A DNA stretch of 64,000 bases, from positions 1-64,000 of the forward strand of contig NW_027272634.1 of assembly GCF_040938485.1 (NCBI RefSeq). The letters are read 5' to 3'. Positions 24,426 through 35,812 of the stretch are shown piece by piece. Positions within the stretch are counted from its first letter, which is position 1. The number at the start of each line of letters is the position of its first letter. This DNA comes from Diadema antillarum (Eukaryota). Under the pieces are notes generated by a model. The model was not told the origin of the DNA. It ran no database searches and saw only the letters and a list, made by a program, of their open reading frames with translations. The translations under genes were made by a program, and so were the position numbers.

Positions 24426-25761
24426 TATTCCACACTGCTCGATTGATAAAAAAAAAAGCTGTTACGATTCGCTAAAGTTTGTTATTATGCTGAAGGTTCG
24501 CTTTTCTTTTTTATATAAGTTTCGAAATTTCGGACGTTATATAGCTGATACGAAAACGAAGTTTCTTACCACGAATATGATAATTTCTTTACAGATAAAC
24601 GACCCACCTTTTTTTCCATTTTCGGATGAATGAACCATCTGAATATTTTTTTTTTTTCCCGGAATGATGAATATCGTGCAAAGAAGTAAACGATGTCACG
24701 TTCAGAAATAAACCCATATATTCCCGTCACAGGAAAAGATTCGGCGTTTTTAATTTTCTTTTAGCCAAAAATGACATAAGTTTCGTACCATGCACGTAAT
24801 TCATTCTCACATTTACGAACCTTCGGAATAATGCCACAAATGGTATTAACGAGCCCTAATACAATTTTGGATTAACACATTACATAAGGCATATCAAATT
24901 TGCGTGTTTTGCGGGTTCAGCAAAAAGAACCATCGGATTTACGAACCTTATTCTTCTTTCGGAATAATGAACATAAGGCAAAGGAAATAACGATGCCATA
25001 ATAGGAATTCAAATTATTTTCTTGCCTCAAAGATTTTCCATACTTATTTTCCGAACTACTAACCCCCAATGCCAGACTTAAAATCCGAAAATTAAATAAG
25101 CTCTGCTTTCTGATCTTTTGTTAATCCCAGAAATTAAAAGGAACAAGTTGTGTTATTCGTTTTCAGAGTAACGTAATTAATTTAATATCCCGATAAATGC
25201 ACCCTTAGAATCACAAAATTTGTGCGGTTTCGGATTAATGAATCGAATTTATTTTTCACATTAACGAATATCAATACGGCAGAGGGAATTTTCGAGAATA
25301 TTATAGCGAATCTTATTTAACTTTCGCATTACAAGAACCTTACAGGTGCAACGAACATCAAAATATAAGAACGATGTCAAACTAAAAATTGAAACTGTAT
25401 AGTTGCTTCAAGAATTTTACCTCCCGTCTATATTGCTTTTCCGATCTAAATCTAAAAATGAAATAAAACAAAACAAAACAAAACACGATGAAACGCACTA
25501 TTATTGCCGAACATAGAATACATCCCCATAGGTGGAACAAAATAACAACAGAAAAAGATGCTGAGAGAGAATGATGGGCGGGAGAATGGTCTAGGAGGTC
25601 GAAGATCTTTTGTGTGTGTGTGTGTATGTGTGTGGAATTGAATATTACATGTACATGTTGTGCACAGAAATCTGTCAAAGTCTGTCAAAGTGTGTCAGAG
25701 TCACGAGAAATCAAGTTTTAGTTATGCCTATAGATATAAATGTGGATTCTACAGACTCTAA

Positions 25762-26294
25762 AGCTACGTTTACACCATGTTCCTGGCGGCCACGTTGTAT
25801 TTGCCTGAGATGCAGTGCGCTGTGGGTATACTAGTATATGCAGTCAGTGTACAGTTGAGACATTCTCCTGTTCCCCCCCCCCCCCACCTTCGCATTCTAA
25901 GTCTTGTTCGGATCGTTCCAGTCCTCGCCCCGGCGAACTTCTATAGCTATCACACGCTGTTCTCACGGCGTCTGATCAGGCTATAGACTATCAATATTTT
26001 CCGTCCCGTCCCGCTGCGGACCGCCTCCAAGTTTTGTTAGGGTCTATTACGTGCCGTCGTGTTTCATTGCATTCATCCCATTTTATCAAGGCATACAAAA
26101 TTCCTCATTAGCACCGGGACTGCCGTGGCAATTTTTTTTAACAGTTTAAGAATGTGACACGGCATCCACGGCAATCACGGCCTGTCACATTTGCCTATCT
26201 CGTCTCACAGCGTTGTTTCACGTCCGTCCCATTTTGTCCGTGATGGCCTGAAATGTGACTGTCGTGGTTGCCGTGAACATGTGTAAACGCGGCT
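25762..26294. mobile_element. Nested Harbinger/Tourist-like MITE
   Basis: AGCTACGTTTACACCATGTTC versus reverse complement of right end AGCCGCGTTTACACATGTTC; TSD imperfect. Confidence 0.6.
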
Positions 26295-26630
26295 TTTAGC
26301 TTTACATAATCCAATTCAACATCCCTTTAAACCTTAAATACGAATATTTGTACGCTATTGTCAGTAGTTCACTTTCTAAAAAGCAAAAACAAACGAACAA
26401 CCAAACAAACGAACGAACAAGTAAACAAACAAAACCATGACAATCTCTTAAAATTCAGGTTCTGTTTCCGTTCAAGCTCACAACCTGATTCTTTCCCTAA
26501 ACGAAACAATACAGCAGTCGTTCTCATAATCTGTCACTTTGAAACACTGCATAAAATATGAAGTACCACTGACTTGGTTACTTAACTCAGCATGACATTA
26601 AAGCATTCTAGTATCACATTATTGTGTTAC

Positions 26631-26816
26631 GGGGGGGGGGGGGGGCGTTTAATAAATCTGTTTGTACAGTTACGAACAACTTACGAGCGACTGGTGATCA
26701 GTTCTGATGTGCTATACTTATCAGAATTTCCATAATTCAGCACAAGAACTTATCATCAGTCACTCGTAAGTCGTTCGTATCTTTACGAACAGCTTTATGA
26801 CCCCCCCCCCCCCCCC
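26631..26816. mobile_element. Nested palindromic MITE bounded by poly-G and poly-C
   Basis: ATAAATCTGTTTGTACAGTTACGAACAACTTACGAGCGACTGGTGAT pairs imperfectly with ATCATCAGTCACTCGTAAGTCGTTCGTATCTTTACGAACAGCTTTAT. Confidence 0.7.
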
Positions 26817-28380
26817 TTCACTGCGTTTCAAGCAGTGGAATATAATTATATCCTAACAAAATATAATAAGATTAAGGCATTAAGGAGCTAAAATTCACGC
26901 AAGGAGACGGGTTTTCTTCCACGAGAGACAAATCATTTGTAGAAGATGCACCGTCCTTCCCGCCTGTTATAAAGATAACCTATCATACACTATATACGGC
27001 TAGCACTGTATGTAGTACTGGAGAAATTTTTCCTGGTGAGAGTCGGTAGACTTATCCGTTCCAAGCGCAGGTAAATTAGTAAGTCTTCTCTCAGGACATT
27101 AGGTTTTACCCAGAACTTTACGGAATCCGCATATCGTCTTGCTGACCTATAAGAAAATAAGCCCAAACATTACATTTTGCCAGTTAACAAATAACCAGGT
27201 TAATTATTGTTGCACAAGTTGTCATTATAATACGCTTTGCAAAAAGTAGGCTTACTTTCAATCTTCACTGATGAGCTCTAAACAGCCCATTACATAACCA
27301 GGGAAGAGGGATAATTACATTCATAGTTTAAATGAGTTTTCTTAACCCGTTCCTCCCATAATTCTCCAAGAGCCTGAAATGCTCAAAAGCGAGATTCTCT
27401 TTGCAGGTCGACTTGAGAATGGACAGGTTGGTATTCATTCCTCCTGTGCGGAAACAGTCAAGCTGTAGGCCTATTATGACAGTATCCCCTTTCCATGGTC
27501 AACTACAATACCATGTGCCATCAAACAATGAAAGTATCGATCGGGCACCAGGTATAGGTATGAATAGACATTGCGCTAATGGGCTCACAAACTCTTTTGT
27601 TGTACACAAGAATATTGTCACTGGAGGCAAGTATCTACTGAGCTGAGCCTCTATCGCTGTGTACATCTTAATTCGAGTTTTATTGCGAAAGAAGCACATA
27701 TACGCGAAGTTAGTAACGGCAATGCACAAAACACAAAAATCTTGAGAGCTTTTGAAAGAGCGGGATCCGAAACATGGACCCGTTTCTAGACACTGTACGT
27801 TTTAAATTTGATATGAAAAAAACAAACGCATATTCCCCAAAGTGCATGCAAATTTGCGATTTAAATTGAAGTGCGTTGCTGTGAAGATATGCGTGTGAAT
27901 TCGTATGATTCTGTCGAGATAATTTTTCAGTGCCGACTGAGTTGAAAGAGGATGTGTGATTTTCCTTCCCTAAGTCGCCATATTTTTATTTGTTTTGCTT
28001 ACATTTCTATTGCCATACTCTGAAAATGAATTGTTCTCGTGCTCCGATTTGCAACATTACCGCTCTGTGATGTACGGCGCGGGCCAGTCTGAAATAAAAA
28101 CAAGAAAAATTGTTAATCCGGAAACGACATCTTTCGGATTACTAACCTTCGTAAAGATAAACATCTTTCCATCGTCGAACTTATTTAACTTTGGACTGAG
28201 ATTTAAACCTTCGGAATAGCGAACTACAGTAACAATAATTTGCTACTATTTTTTTCATCGACATTTCGTGAAGCACGATGCGTTTCGGTAGTTTGAAACG
28301 TGTTAATGTTGCGATGTCTTTCCCCTGCTAGTGCAGACTAAGTTCAATCATGGCGAAAGTTACGAAATAAAAAATGATTC

Positions 28381-29350
28381 AAGTCTTTTCAACAATAACA
28401 CGCTTCGGTTTATAGTTTTTATGCGTTTAAACGCAGTTTTTAGTTTCGTACAAAAACCGCAAGTCTTTTCTGCAACGCTCTTGCGTTTTAGATACAGCGT
28501 TGCTTGTGATTTGATGGACTTGCATTTGACTATTAGAATTAGTGTTTAAACGCAATTGAGTTTAAGTTTCTTACAATTTTCTAGTGTCGGATGATTATGA
28601 AATGCAAGTCTTTTCAGCGTTCCGTGTTTGATGGACTTGCATTTGATTTTGGGAGTTGCGTTTAATTCTTAATTTTGCGTAAGAAGTAAAAAATAATGCA
28701 GGTCTTTTCAACAATAACTCACTTCCGTAGATGTTTAGAGATGCGTTTAAACGCAGTTTCTTATAATTTCGTACAAAAAGTATGTCTTTTCTGCAATGCT
28801 CTTGCGTTTAAATACAGCGTCGCGTGTGATTTGATGGACTTGCATTGGATTTTTAGAATCGCGTTGAAACGCAACTGAGTTTTAAAGAAGTTCCCTACAA
28901 TTTTCAAGTTTCGTATATCAAACGCAAGTCTATTCAGCGTTCCGCGTGATGACATGGACTTACAATTGCATTTGATTTTCAGAGCTGCGTTTAATTTTTA
29001 ATTTTGCATACGAAAAAACAAACAAAATAATGCAAGACTTTTCAACAATAACGCACCTCCGTAGATGTTAGAGATGCTTTTAAACGCAGTTTCTCTATAG
29101 TTTCTTACGAAAACCTCAAGTCTTCCCTGCAACGCTCTTGCGTTTGAATACAGCGTTGCGCGTGATTGATGGACTTCATTTGATTTTTAGAGTTGCATTT
29201 CAACGCAATTGAGTTTCAGGTTCATACAACTATTTTCTAGTTTCATACTATATCAAACGCAAGCCTTTTGGCAGCAACGCACTTGCGTTTATGTGCAAAG
29301 TTGCTCGTGATTTGATACACCTGCATTTAATTTTCAGCTGCATTTAATTA
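28381..29350. repeat. Tandem array of three units of about 320-335 bp with internal sub-repeats
   Basis: Units start A(A/G)G(T/A)CTTTTCAACAATAAC at about 28381, 28700 and 29034; repeated TGATGGACTTGCATTTGA and AAACGCA motifs. Confidence 0.9.
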
Positions 29351-29754
29351 CATGTAGTTGCATTTGATTAATTTTCTAAAAACGGGCCCAGGTTTCTATT
29401 AACGCTTCGGAATAATTAACGTTAGAATATTCGGATAAACAGAAACACCTACACGTGTATTTCATGTTCTGATAATGATTTTCTGCTAGGACCGTTATGT
29501 GTACAAAGTTTTTGCGTTTTGAGAATAACGAGCAGAAAAGGGGGAAAGTGAACTGCTTTGGGTAGCCAACTACATGTAATTCTCCAATGTAAATGAATGT
29601 ATGCCCTTTCATTTCTGGCGTACAAGACAATATGGACGCATGGCGCGAACGCTACCACGCCATACACTAGGGAATTACCGATTAGAAATACAGCGAATCA
29701 GAGCGGGAAAACAATTTATTTTTTTAAGAGAATGGCGATAAGATTTTGAGCGAA

Positions 29755-29943
29755 AAATTATGTCGACTTAGACGAGGGAATAAACACGAATTTCAGCTCA
29801 GTTGGCACTAAAAAATCAGGTCGACTTACGCGAGTTGTGGACTTATAAATGTCGACTAAGACGAAGAAATTTTCAAGAAATAACAAGACAAAAATCGGGA
29901 CTTTTTTATCGTGTCGACTTAAGCAATGTCGAGGTTTACTGTA
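29755..29943. mobile_element. Partial Tigger/pogo-like end
   Basis: CGAGGTTTACTG|TA terminus with repeated GTCGACT(T)A motifs; left end not found. Confidence 0.45.
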
Positions 29944-30611
29944 CTAAAGCTCCATAGTTTCAGCAGAGCCAGATGTGTATGTACCTCCCTGGTTTCAGGA
30001 AGGAGGTACTAGGCGAGCTCGCCTGGTACCTCCTTGGTTTCAGGTGCAGGGAGCTCTCATCAGCTAGCTCTCGCCAACTACAGCACGTGTCTCCAACAGC
30101 ATGCACGTATCACACAGCACAGGGTTACTAATACATGTACTATACATAGCCCCTCTTCCCTCCCAGGCCCCATGCAATTGACACGATGTTTACGACCCAT
30201 TCAGCGCGTACGCAAATTCCTTTACCCTGCGGTTTTTGCCTGGCGGCAAACCTGCTTTGAAGTTCCTGGAAATTTCCACCAGCTTGTTGCCTGGCTGGCA
30301 CGGCCATGGGTGTCAAGTTTCCGTCAATCTACCTAGCTATTGTGAATGTTTTTCTTATACACTTGTCACTTCATTACACACATTTTGCTTCACCTGAGAA
30401 GCTGCTTACAAGAGTGGTCTCACGCTCATGTAAGGGGAACAAATACTATATTTCGGATACTATTTCAGATACTTCTTGATTACGCCTCTCATCGACGCAA
30501 ATTAAGGTAATCACAGCGTTACTAACGCGTAATAGTGCAATGCCTTTCGTGTTTCATTTGTTTGCTAGTTTGTCCGTTTTTTAAGCTTCCATGAAATCAA
30601 CTGTGTAAGTG

Positions 30612-30979
30612 TTAAAGGGGAAGGCTAGTAACTGATCAGTGGGAATCAGTGGAAATGCTGGGAGATGATTGTTCCAATCCTTATGGGATTTATTCAAGAG
30701 TTCATTGTATATCTATTGTTGTGTGAAAATGATTTGCTTCAGAATGGTCTCATATTCAAGTAATGTGCAGCTTAATGCTTCCAGGTTAGCGTCCCTGGTC
30801 AGTGACGGAGCATTAATCTGCACATTACTTGAAAATGAGACCGTTCTGAAGCAAATCATTTTCACACAACAATAGATATACAATGAACTCTTGAATGAAT
30901 CCCATAAGGATTGGAACAATCATCTCCCAGCATTTCCACTGATTCCCACTGATCAGTTAGTACTAGCCTTCCCCTTTAA
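30612..30979. mobile_element. 368-bp near-perfect palindromic MITE (TTAA-flanked, Kolobok-like AGGGG ends)
   Basis: Arms of about 170 bp differ by one small indel and about 4 substitutions around a spacer of about 26 nt; explains mirror ORFs 30669+ and 30713-. Confidence 0.92.
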
Positions 30980-32131
30980 GCACAAGACAAAGGGAAGACT
31001 TAATCCGGGCGTTCCCGAACGCTGGCTACATGGAGCGATGGCTTCGTGGTCGATTGGGTGCAGTGAAGTTGACGCTATTGTGTTCGAAACAAAGGCACTA
31101 AACAAAAGACTTTTAAGCTGGCGTTCCCGGAACGCGGACGGCATGGGCGCATGCCAAGCTCGTGCCAAGCTGGCTACTTAACAGATAAGAAGGCATGCCG
31201 GACGCGGGCGAACGCTCGTGAGATAAAATCTGTCACGCCTAAGGGGTGTTTGTTTTATTGTTTTTTGTATGTTTTTCTTTCTGTGTAAGAATGAATACAC
31301 ACAGCATAACATGATCTTAATGAAAGTATTTTAACTGGAGATGAGTATCATGTGATCAAAGTTTTCACCCTGCTTTTGCCCTGGCACTTTAAAAGCTTAA
31401 TTTGCCAAGTATTTGCATCAGAATTCAATAACTCATCCAAACTTGACCTATATGTACTCGTAAAGTTAACAAGCCCACTCAGGTGTAGCAACATGCCTCA
31501 GTCCAGTGGAAGGGCCACAGTGACACACATGGGGATAAGGGGGATTAGGTAATCTCTATTCATTGACAATTAGTTTCCAAGACATCTGTGCCAACTGGAA
31601 AACAGAGCACAGCAAGGGTTAAATACTGTCAGATTAATTCTTGTGAGATTTGGCAAGAGTGGGGGATAAAGTCTAGCGATCCCTTTCCTCACGTAAAAGC
31701 ACCAAATAATTCTCTACACTTTGTAGAAATATTAGAACTATACAGCACTAACACTGGCAAAGCTTCGATGTCCGACAGTGAAGTGCATGAATATGGCAAG
31801 CATGAGAGTAAAGTCAATAAAAGTGCTCCCATAATAAAGCTCAAGTTTGTACGTACAATGTATGCTCTAACTTCGAAATTATTTCTTCTTCAAACCCTAC
31901 TCTATTTGTACATCAAATTCATTGTTTGCAGTTCCGATTTATTCATAATCCTGATAAATATACAGGATACATGCTTGCAACAATGAGCATACAGATATTC
32001 TGTAATTCCAAACGTATTCTGTTAGATACACTGTATGTGTGAGAGAGTTTCTAATATGAACATACTGTATATTGTACATATGCATTTGACCTCCCACAGC
32101 ACATCTAACAGGTCTGTGGAATTTTCATGAA

Positions 32132-32327
32132 CAGCGCCATCTCGTGGAAGGAAACAAAAGCTTGAGCAAAACTGACAACATAAATCTGTGCATGGGGCCC
32201 ACAATCTCCTAAATTTTCACATACACGTGACCTTCAGTACATATCATTTGTGGCTCTTGGGATGGTGCTATGTGATGTGCAAGTGTGCACTGCCTGGAGA
32301 ATATTTACGAACAGCGCCATCTACTGG
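32132..32327 (-). promoter_or_regulatory. Two co-oriented CTCF-like motifs 180 bp apart
   Basis: Minus strand CCACGAGATGGCGCTG (32132-32147) and CCAGTAGATGGCGCTG (32312-32327) match the CTCF core CCASYAGRKGGCRS. Confidence 0.45.
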
Positions 32328-32921
32328 AGTGACATACAAGCTGTGGCTGAAAAGCAGTGGTAATTCTTACCAACCATATTATACCACACAAGTATGTAAA
32401 ATACACATAGTCCTCAAAAGTACAGGAAACCCCCAAACTCTTAATTCTTGGAAACAAAGCATCATCACATCACACCACGTCAGTTGTCGAACAATTTTGC
32501 TAAAACATTAAAATGACGCCAAAAAACATCCTGCTATCTAACTCATGCTTCGTCAGCACTCAAATTTTACGCAGTACAAGGTAACTTTGTCTCATCTTTC
32601 TACATATATTTGCAAATGTTATTCTGAGCTGAACCCTCCCCCCCCCCCCACGATATAACCCATAGTAACCTGCAATACTTTGAAAGAGTACACTTTACGA
32701 ACTGTATTTTTTCTTAATCCTGCACTTATCCATAAAACACCACGGCAATGAAACTGTAAGTCTACAACAATCATAGAACTGATAATAAGATAGCATTCTC
32801 TCTCTTTTTTTCTGATTCCTGATTCTACAAAATTCATCACTCTCCCCCCAAAAAACAAAATCGAAAGTCTTCACATTTGTCTCCATGCTGTCAAGATTTG
32901 GATCAAACCTCTGACCACTCA

Positions 32922-33071
<150 letters not shown>

Positions 33072-33123
33072 TTAACAATGTGCTTGTATTACAATATTGA
33101 ACACTTATCCATCTAGCTCCTTC

Positions 33124-33276
33124 TGAAACTCTTTCAAACAAACAAAAAATAGAAAAGAGATGTCACATACAGACTAATTCATCAGGATCCTATCCACTTT
33201 TGCTCCAGATTTGGTGGATCAGATGGTGGATTGGATGATTAATCGGACAGATTGGAGGGTTTGTCAGAGAGTTTCA
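33124..33276. repeat. Possible small MITE with imperfect 16-18-bp TIRs
   Basis: TGAAACTCTTTCAAAC versus reverse complement of right end TGAAACTCTCTGACAAAC. Confidence 0.4.
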
Positions 33277-33874
33277 TCACAGTAAATCTAATACCTGTCC
33301 ATGTAAAGTCTCTTCTCATATTAGCGTGGACAAGCAAGAATGTGGCCTACAAATCAGAGTAAATTTTGATAAGCATGAGAGGAGGACATCTCAAGCTTTC
33401 TCTCTGGATAACTAGAAATCCTCCCACCTCCATCGCCTCTCTTTAATGTAAACTAGATTCTTGTATCTCTTCAGTCAATCTTTGACAGAAAACTAGATTC
33501 TTACAAGGCTGAACTACATGTGTGAAGTAAAATGCCGATACAATCTACAGTCAACACCGTTCACACTCTGGGTGCTGGAGTCATGTTCAAACATGTAATA
33601 TTTCACTAAATACTATGACAGTGATGGTACCATTACTGCTTCAAACACAACTTTTTTATTGGAGGGGGGGGGGGGGGGGCTTGTTTTAGCTGGGTGAAGC
33701 TGTGGTTTTAGGAGTGGAGAAACAAATGAAGAAGACTCGGGGTGCCATGACATGACAAAACACTTTTAGCTACGTGGATCTTGTCCCATCAAGCCTGATG
33801 CTACTTTGTTTTTGAGTCATAACAGAGTACTGGTGGACATCACAATTAAAGTTTCAGCTGATGGGTAACTGCAC

Positions 33875-34398
33875 CTAAAGGGCTGGTATAGTTTTGGTTG
33901 AGATGGGGATTTATGTAGGTTTTAACTTTTTGCGAGATAATTAGAAACCACTCATATGAAATATTACAGAGCATACAATTCTAGTGGAATTAAAAGTTTA
34001 GTTAATGAAAATCAGTCTTTTAATGGCTGAGATATCCAATGCACAGTGGTCCTACTAAAAGGTGGGTCGTACTGTACCTTTTATAAGGACCACTTTGATT
34101 TGCTTTGTTTTTGGATATCTTAGCCATTTCAAAACTGACTTTCATCTAAGAGGAATTAAGAGTTTATTTAACGAAATCAGTCTTGGAAAGGCTGAGATAA
34201 CCAAATCAGGACCCAATAAAATGTGGGACCCACCTTTTATTTGGACAACTTTGTTTGGGTTTGTTTTTGGATATACATGTACATTGTATCAGCCATTTCA
34301 AAACCAATTTTCATCAAATAAACTTTCTTTCTTCTTAGAATTGTATGCTCTTTGATGAGTGGTTCCTCATCTCAATGAAAGCTATACCAGCCCTTTAG
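33875..34398. mobile_element. 524-bp Kolobok-like MITE with perfect 17-bp terminal inverted repeats
   Basis: CTAAAGGGCTGGTATAG ... CTATACCAGCCCTTTAG, plus internal inverted blocks (GCATACAATTCTA / TAGAATTGTATGC). Confidence 0.85.
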
Positions 34399-34490
34399 CC
34401 TCTAGTGCACATAGTTGTTGTCTTTCATTTAAAGATATCATTACAGAGAAGATAAAACCATTAGGATGGAGGAGAGGGGAGAACCCCTAC

Positions 34491-34646
34491 CAAGCCAGAT
34501 GGATCCTGGGGCTGGAGGTCAATGCCCTTGACAACATAGATCCTGATGACGCACTCCACAGGGGTGGAGGGTGGGAGGTACTTGAACTGCTTGGGGGGCA
34601 GGGCCGCCTTGGTGTCTCCGGGGAGAGGGTAGATCCTGAACAGACC
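34491..34646 (-). CDS. MYOF: Ferlin exon, 156 nt, phase 0-0: GLFRIYPLPGDTKAALPPKQFKYLPPSTPVECVIRIYVVKGIDLQPQDPSGL (start of penultimate C2)
   Basis: CAG acceptor, GTAGGG donor; frame is absent from the ORF track but open and homologous. Confidence 0.96.
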
Positions 34647-35799
34647 CTGTGGGAAGAGAAAGGGTGATAAAACAATTATAGCAAAACAAACACAGTTTCA
34701 AACTTTCCAAGATTTAAAACAGCTGTCTCAGTAAGGACCTGGTTTCCATATATTGCCGTACCCTTGGTACTTCAAAACACCAACTCCCAACAATACTACA
34801 ATTGTATGACACCATTTATGCTCTGGTTTAACCCTTTTACAATGGTCACCTCAAAATACCACAGAGATTGTATGCAAACAAGTCACAGGTGGTATCACCA
34901 TTGGTAAGAAACGTATCAATAATTCTTGGAAGAACTGACAAAATTGAGGGAATCTGGAATCTCTTCATATCTCTTGCAGGAAACTTAATTTGTGCCCCGC
35001 CCTAACATCCATTATGTGTCAATTATCAAAGTAAACCCTTATTTACATGTACTTGTTTGGATAAAAACTGAGGGGAAAGGCCCCCTGACATTTGTTCAAC
35101 CCCTTTTCTGAGTATTCAACCCCTTATCTCATTAACCAGTCCCAAAGGCAGCCATTGTGGTCAGTACTTGTCCAGTCAATACCCATCGGACATCGTGATT
35201 ATTACTCCTTGGAGTGAGTGGAAAGTTTGAAAACATTTTTTCTATCTGATTGGGACTATCCTACCTTGGCAAGAGGCGCAACTCCTTCATGAGACTGTTT
35301 CAAAACACAATACTATAACTTTGAAACTTTGACCATGTGAGAATTCAAAGATCAGAGAAGTTAAATCATGATAATATCTATAACTTCCTACTCGATAAAA
35401 TGCGAGGTGAAAGTTGCATGAAAACATGTTTATCTTCCCTTTCCAAACAAATTTTGCAGTTCAACAACTGGATATTAGCAAAACCTTCCAAAATCAATAT
35501 CTATACATTAAGTTAACGAAAATGATCTTACATTTACTTAAAGTACAGTTTGTACACACCAAATGCATTCTTCATTTGAAAATAATCAAAACTCGGTAAA
35601 ACTCTGGGTCAAATGAGGCAAAGGATTTGAGGCAAAGAATTTTGCCTAAAGTAACCAGACGTCTGAGATGATTTCTATGATCCTCTGACAGAACATGCAG
35701 TGGTCAAATTTTCTCCTGTGCCATCTTGTTGTTCAAACGGAGTAGCATCAGCCAGTAAACAACTCTTCCTAGTTTGGCACTCGTGTCCGTGTCTTGGAT

Positions 35800-35812
35800 G
35801 TTGCCTAGCAAC
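35800..35812. promoter_or_regulatory. RFX X-box
   Basis: GTTGCCTAGCAAC, a classical RFX/EF-C site, in a locally GC-richer intronic patch. Confidence 0.45.

Larger units (their letters stand above)
23121..31239. mobile_element. 8.1-kb non-autonomous TIR element with TAA target duplication (PIF/Harbinger-like); no transposase ORF seen
   Basis: Left TAA|GGCGTGACAGATTTAATATAGCGAGCGTTCGGCCGCGT; right end reverse complement GGCGTGACAGATTTTATCTCACGAGCGTTCGCCCGCGT followed by TAA (31240-31242); interior visibly CpG-richer than the flanks. Confidence 0.8.

Noticed and set aside
30669-30919. Two near-identical 68-aa ORFs on opposite strands
   Set aside because: Artefact of the 368-bp palindrome.
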